Below are positions 7,029 through 10,538 of a DNA stretch of 10,538 nt, piece by piece. The DNA is from an uncultured archaeon. GTDB taxonomy: Archaea > Asgardarchaeota > Hermodarchaeia > Hermodarchaeales > Hermodarchaeaceae. Below the pieces are notes generated by a model. It had not been told where the DNA came from. It made no database searches and saw only the letters and a program-made list of their open reading frames with translations. Every line of letters begins with the position of its first letter. Position 1 is the first letter of the stretch. The stretch spans positions 1 to 10,538 of the forward strand of contig CAYFXC010000007.1 of NCBI GenBank assembly GCA_964347045.1, given 5' to 3'. Both the position numbers and the translations under genes were made by a program.

Positions 7029-7119
7029 CAAGCTTTGTTTTCATTACCTGAGTAGCACGTTAAGTAGGTGTAATAACCGGGAAAACGTCCCTACCCAGTT
7101 TTCATCGTATTATCAGACC

Positions 7120-8010
7120 CTACTTAACTCCCTTCAAAAACTTTTGAATCGGTGTCACTAATTGTGTAAACTCGATTGGAATTACATACTTTGTACTTGG
7201 ACTAGCGCCTAATTCTTGTATAGTTTCTAAGTATTGAAGCACCATAGTTTTTTCATCAATACCCTTCGCAACAGCGAAAATTTTCTCTAATGCTAAGGCT
7301 TCTCCTTCAGCACGTAAGATTGCCGACTGACGCTCGCCTTCAGCACGTAATATTGCTGATTGCTTGTCGCCTTCAGCAACCGCGATAGTTGATTCTCGCT
7401 TCCCAGCCGCTTCTGTTACCATAGCTCGACGGCGCCTTTCAGCTTCCATCTGCATGATCATTGCTTCATTCACCTTCGTAGGCGGCAGAATCTCACGAAT
7501 CTCAACCTTTGTAACCTTCACACCCCATGGCTCTGTATTTTCGTCAAGTTTCTCCCGAAGAACACTGTTGATGTATTCACGTTTAGCAAGTACATCATCT
7601 AGGGTAATGTCTCCGACTACGGCACGAAGTGTGGTTTGACTGATACCAAGTGCCGCGCCACTAAAGTCGCGAATTCGAAGAACACTGTCACGTGCATTGA
7701 CGACGCGGTGGTAAATTAAAAGGTCAATATCGACTGGGGCATTGTCACTTGTGATGCAGCGTTGATGTTCGATTTCGAAGTATTGTTCGCGAAGATCGAC
7801 TCTAACCATCTTGTCAAGGATTGGAAGAAGGAAGATTACGCCAGGACCTTTAACACCGGGGATAGCGCGGCCAAGACGGAAGATGACTGCACGTTCGTAT
7901 TCTTTTAGGACTCGGATGAAGGGAACGATGAGAAGGAGGATAATGATGAAGATGAGTATTAAAACGAGCCACCAATAAGATTGGAGGAAGTAGAATAGAT
8001 CAAATTGCAT
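7120..8010 (-). CDS. SPFH/Band 7 (stomatin/slipin, QmcA-like) membrane protein
   Basis: N-terminal TM, then EYERAVIFRLGR, GPG, VDLRE, ITSDN, QTTLRAVVG, WGVKVTKVEI, QMEAERRRRA, AEGxxQSAILR repeats and LQYLETI. Confidence 0.95.
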   Translation of the reverse strand: MQFDLFYFLQSYWWLVLILIFIIILLLIVPFIRVLKEYERAVIFRLGRAIPGVKGPGVIFLLPILDKMVRVDLREQYFEIEHQRCITSDNAPVDIDLLIYHRVVNARDSVLRIRDFSGAALGISQTTLRAVVGDITLDDVLAKREYINSVLREKLDENTEPWGVKVTKVEIREILPPTKVNEAMIMQMEAERRRRAMVTEAAGKRESTIAVAEGDKQSAILRAEGERQSAILRAEGEALALEKIFAVAKGIDEKTMVLQYLETIQELGASPSTKYVIPIEFTQLVTPIQKFLKGVK

Positions 8011-8146
8011 GTTTCCTATCCCTTCATGTATTTGTGCTTATTTCAAAGGAAAATACTTTACGGACATTTTTGAGTTTGCAGGTGGAAAAAGTGATGTGGC
8101 GAAGGATTTTAGGCGTGAAATTACAAGAGATTCGGCAGGTGAGCGT

Positions 8147-8902
8147 ATGTCACGAATCTGTCCAAATTGCGGGCAATCAGTTAAAGATTCAGCCAAGTTC
8201 TGTAAGTTTTGTGGTACAAAACTGGGTACACCTGTTTCCACACCGCTGTCACGTCCGGTAACGCCGAGTCGAGTGGCACCTCCTATAATATCGGATCGTG
8301 AACCAGTAACAGAGGTACCCGCGGAAATATTGGCTCAGCTTGAAATCCGGTCACAATTAATGGAAATTGAAGAAGAAGAAGCTGAGCTTCTTGATGAACT
8401 AGAACGCCTTGAAAAGGAGTTGGAGCAAGGTGACCGATCCATTGCAGAGCTGGAAAAAGAAATTAAGCCTCTGCAAAAGAAGATTAAATCCCAAAAGAGT
8501 AAGGAAAAGAAGTTGAATTCCAAAGTAAAGGAATTCGCCTTTGAAAAGGCGGGAAAGGAACGCCAACGACTAAAAGAACGTATGGAAAAACTTGAGGACC
8601 TTAAAGAAAGTGGAAAAGTCCGTGAGAGTGTCTACATTCGACTTCAAGATGAATATGATCAGGGGATGGCAGAATCAGATGCTCAATACCAAGAACAGGT
8701 AGTATTAGCCCGTGAATGGCTAGCCTTACTCAAGGCTCAATATAAGGCTGTGCGAGATGAGCTGTCATTGCTAGATGCACGCCATTCTGTTGGCGAGGTC
8801 AAAGAAGTTGATTATCAATCACGGAAAAAATCCTTAGAAAAGCGATCAAAAACTCTTGGCCATCAAGTAGAAATCTTTGAGGCTGTGCTACGAGATTTTT
8901 AG
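8147..8902 (+). CDS. Zinc-ribbon + Pro-rich linker + coiled-coil protein with CdvA-like C-terminal domain (251 aa)
   Basis: ATG 8147 follows GGTGAG. CPNCG...AKFCKFCG zinc ribbon, PxxP-rich linker and heptad repeats. Two helix-Gly-turn-helix motifs (KLEDLKESGKVRESVY; LLDARHSVGEVKEVDY) lie 60 aa apart. The CDS is solid; the CdvA-like call is less certain. Confidence 0.8.
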   Translation: MSRICPNCGQSVKDSAKFCKFCGTKLGTPVSTPLSRPVTPSRVAPPIISDREPVTEVPAEILAQLEIRSQLMEIEEEEAELLDELERLEKELEQGDRSIAELEKEIKPLQKKIKSQKSKEKKLNSKVKEFAFEKAGKERQRLKERMEKLEDLKESGKVRESVYIRLQDEYDQGMAESDAQYQEQVVLAREWLALLKAQYKAVRDELSLLDARHSVGEVKEVDYQSRKKSLEKRSKTLGHQVEIFEAVLRDF

Positions 8903-8936
8903 TCAATTCATTCAAAATGAAAAATTGCCTCCGAAC

Positions 8937-8953
8937 ACAAAACATTTTATACG
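8937..8953 (+). promoter_or_regulatory. BRE/TATA promoter for the microprotein-FeS protein-Zn finger unit
   Basis: CAAAACATTTTATAC about 40 nt upstream of ATG 8993; RBS GGAGGT at 8979-8984. Confidence 0.55.
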
Positions 8954-8992
8954 CTAGTGTAATTCTGAACCTCTCACCGGAGGTCGTTTTGG

Positions 8993-9148
8993 ATGAACCG
9001 ACGAGTCATAGCAATTGCTATCTTATGTGTAGGATTAGCAGCTCTTGCCTTTGGAATATCGCTGGGACAGCATGAGATTGTACGCTCATGGCTACAAGTA
9101 TTTTCTGACGCTTATGCGCCATACTTTCCACTACCCATACCACCTTAA
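8993..9148 (+). CDS. 51-aa single-TM microprotein (not in ORF track)
   Basis: MNRRVIAIAILCVGLAALAFGISLGQHEIVRSWLQVFSDAYAPYFPLPIPP*. Strong RBS GGAGGT 8 nt upstream. Its TAA abuts the GGAG RBS of the next gene. Confidence 0.8.
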   Translation: MNRRVIAIAILCVGLAALAFGISLGQHEIVRSWLQVFSDAYAPYFPLPIPP

Positions 9149-9160
9149 GGAGATGCTCTT

Positions 9161-10276
9161 GTGAGTGAAACAGAAAACGGCACTAAACCGGAAGAGGAGC
9201 AGGAGCGTATCTGGGACCGAATAGGCCGCCCCTTTTCCCGATGGAAGCAAGTTCTCCTCGAAAAATCACGCCCACACAAAACCCTCCATTACTGGGTAAG
9301 AAAAGCCTTTGAAGAACTCCTCGCCATCCGCATCATCCGATTCATCGTACAGCTTGCGACATTCCTCATACTGTTTTATGCAGGAATAGTGTTTGTACTA
9401 GGTTATGACCCGCTCGTGGGCAGCATCTTTTCAGGGATAGCATGGCTCATCCCCATTTTTGGATATATTCCTCTACCTTTCGATATGCCCCAAGGAATCC
9501 CCCAAGGAACCGGCACAGGCTATTTTGACATTATCCAATTCATGGGACAACAAGGTATTTTCCCCTATATCGCAGTTGGTGTCATTCTCATAGTCCCCAT
9601 ACTCATTGGTCGCAGTTTTTGTGGTTGGATTTGTCCCTTTGGCTTTGTCCAAGACCTCTTTGCACTTACTCCGATTAGAAAACGATATCCTTCAAAAAAG
9701 ACTGACCAACGCCTTAAGAGCATAAAATTTGTCATCTTATTTGTTGTACTCTTCCTTGTGGCTTGGCTCGGACTTTGGACCTTTTTAGGAATTGACCAAG
9801 GCCTTAGAAATGCAGTTGGACTCCCCTTTGCAACCGCTTTTTGGACAACCATTAACCCGTCCAGTGTATTCTTTGTCATTCTGCCCTACTTGTATCTTAA
9901 TGGCATAATATCACCAATTCTTACACAATGGAGTCCCCCCTTCATTGCGTGGGGGTTGCCAATGTATATTCGTCTTGGGTTCCTTGCGATTGTACTCCTC
10001 ATGGCCCTTTTCATGACTCGCCCCTTCTGTCGTTGGCTTTGCCCAACCGGCGCCATGATGGGGCTGGTCGCCCAGTTTAGCTTCTTAACTGTTAGCCGCA
10101 GCGCCACTGAATGTCTTGGTCCCACCTGCGATTCCCCGCGATGCAAGCAAGCTTGCCCCGTTGGGATAGATGTAATGGCTAAACCCTTTGGCCCTATCTA
10201 CGATTCAGAATGCATCCTCTGTCTCGACTGTGTTGCAAAATGTGGTTACGATTCTGTGAAAGTTGAATACGGATAG
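9161..10276 (+). CDS. 4Fe-4S binding integral membrane protein (NapH/MauN/YccM-like)
   Basis: Two CX3CP motifs (GRSFCGWICPFG; RPFCRWLCPTG), several TM helices, and a C-terminal ferredoxin-type domain (CLGPTCDSPRCKQACP; CILCLDCVAKC). Confidence 0.92.
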   Translation: MSETENGTKPEEEQERIWDRIGRPFSRWKQVLLEKSRPHKTLHYWVRKAFEELLAIRIIRFIVQLATFLILFYAGIVFVLGYDPLVGSIFSGIAWLIPIFGYIPLPFDMPQGIPQGTGTGYFDIIQFMGQQGIFPYIAVGVILIVPILIGRSFCGWICPFGFVQDLFALTPIRKRYPSKKTDQRLKSIKFVILFVVLFLVAWLGLWTFLGIDQGLRNAVGLPFATAFWTTINPSSVFFVILPYLYLNGIISPILTQWSPPFIAWGLPMYIRLGFLAIVLLMALFMTRPFCRWLCPTGAMMGLVAQFSFLTVSRSATECLGPTCDSPRCKQACPVGIDVMAKPFGPIYDSECILCLDCVAKCGYDSVKVEYG

Positions 10277-10297
10277 ACAAATGAGGAGTGTGATTGG

Positions 10298-10522
10298 ATG
10301 GGTAAAGTGAAGCAAGGTACTGTTTGTAGTGTGAATGGTTGTGATGAAAAAGCAACCCGTTCGTATGCAGCTAATAAAGCACGAGAGTCGTTGCAATCAG
10401 CGGGTGCTACGTTTGAAGATAGCCGTGCACGCCGCGTTTACCTTTGTCAGAAACATTATAAGCTGCTCAAAAAACAAACAAAAAAGGATAAGAAAGTAGA
10501 CAAGTGGCGATATGGCGTTTAG
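10298..10522 (+). CDS. Small basic zinc-finger protein (C-X4-C...C-X2-H), 74 aa
   Basis: CSVNGC and YLCQKH motifs, Lys-rich C-terminal helix, upstream GAGGAGTGTGA RBS. Confidence 0.8.
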   Translation: MGKVKQGTVCSVNGCDEKATRSYAANKARESLQSAGATFEDSRARRVYLCQKHYKLLKKQTKKDKKVDKWRYGV

Positions 10523-10538
10523 CTCTTGTAGGGTTAGA

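Noticed and set aside
6637-7119. tRNA or C/D-box sRNA near endA
   Set aside because: No cloverleaf/T-loop signature and no properly arranged RUGAUGA/CUGA pair seen in the intergenic segments.
7300-7380. 33-bp tandem repeats (CCTTCAGCAC...)
   Set aside because: They encode the normal 11-aa AEGxxQSAILR repeats of slipin-type SPFH proteins; not CRISPR or a mobile repeat.
8009-8146. 46-aa N-terminal extension of the zinc-ribbon ORF
   Set aside because: It would overlap the SPFH start and consume the divergent promoter region. ATG 8147 has a GGTGA RBS and starts right at the zinc ribbon.
542-10396. Remaining short ORFs in the track (542..733, 1380..1562, 1508..1747, 1608..1796, 2151..2489, 2819..3040, 3576..3806, 3971..4375, 4638..4847, 5258..5452, 5612..5896, 6973..7161, 7364..7639, 8034..8261, 8038..8241, 8335..8523, 9565..9879, 9886..10146, 10205..10396)
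   Set aside because: They overlap well-supported genes in antisense or alternative frames and lack motifs or convincing translation signals.
1-10538. Mobile element, defence system or CRISPR array
   Set aside because: No transposase/integrase motifs, terminal repeats or regularly spaced repeats observed; content looks like core chromosome.

Overview
Gene-dense archaeal chromosomal window with no recognisable mobile element, CRISPR array or tRNA/rRNA. Archaeal origin is supported by an HMf-type histone, a tRNA-intron endonuclease, BRE/TATA-like promoters and GGTGA/GGAGG ribosome-binding sites. An Asgard-like lineage is inferred, not proven. Two probable genes are missing from the supplied ORF track. 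One is a minus-strand gene running off the left edge (<1..429) that encodes a longin-like domain followed by what looks like the first strand of a small GTPase. The other is a 51-aa membrane microprotein (8993..9148) coupled to a NapH-like Fe-S membrane protein. Other genes are a 416-aa coiled-coil protein, a class I/II aminotransferase, a histone with an H49F substitution, a wHTH protein, uppP, DUF47/PhoU, endA with a Crenarchaea-specific-type loop, two hypotheticals and a small basic Zn-finger protein. The best candidates for an undescribed system are membrane-trafficking/remodelling-like: the longin-GTPase-like gene divergent from the coiled-coil gene, and an SPFH/stomatin gene divergent from a Zn-ribbon + CdvA-like coiled-coil gene. 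All family assignments come from manual motif recognition; no searches were run.
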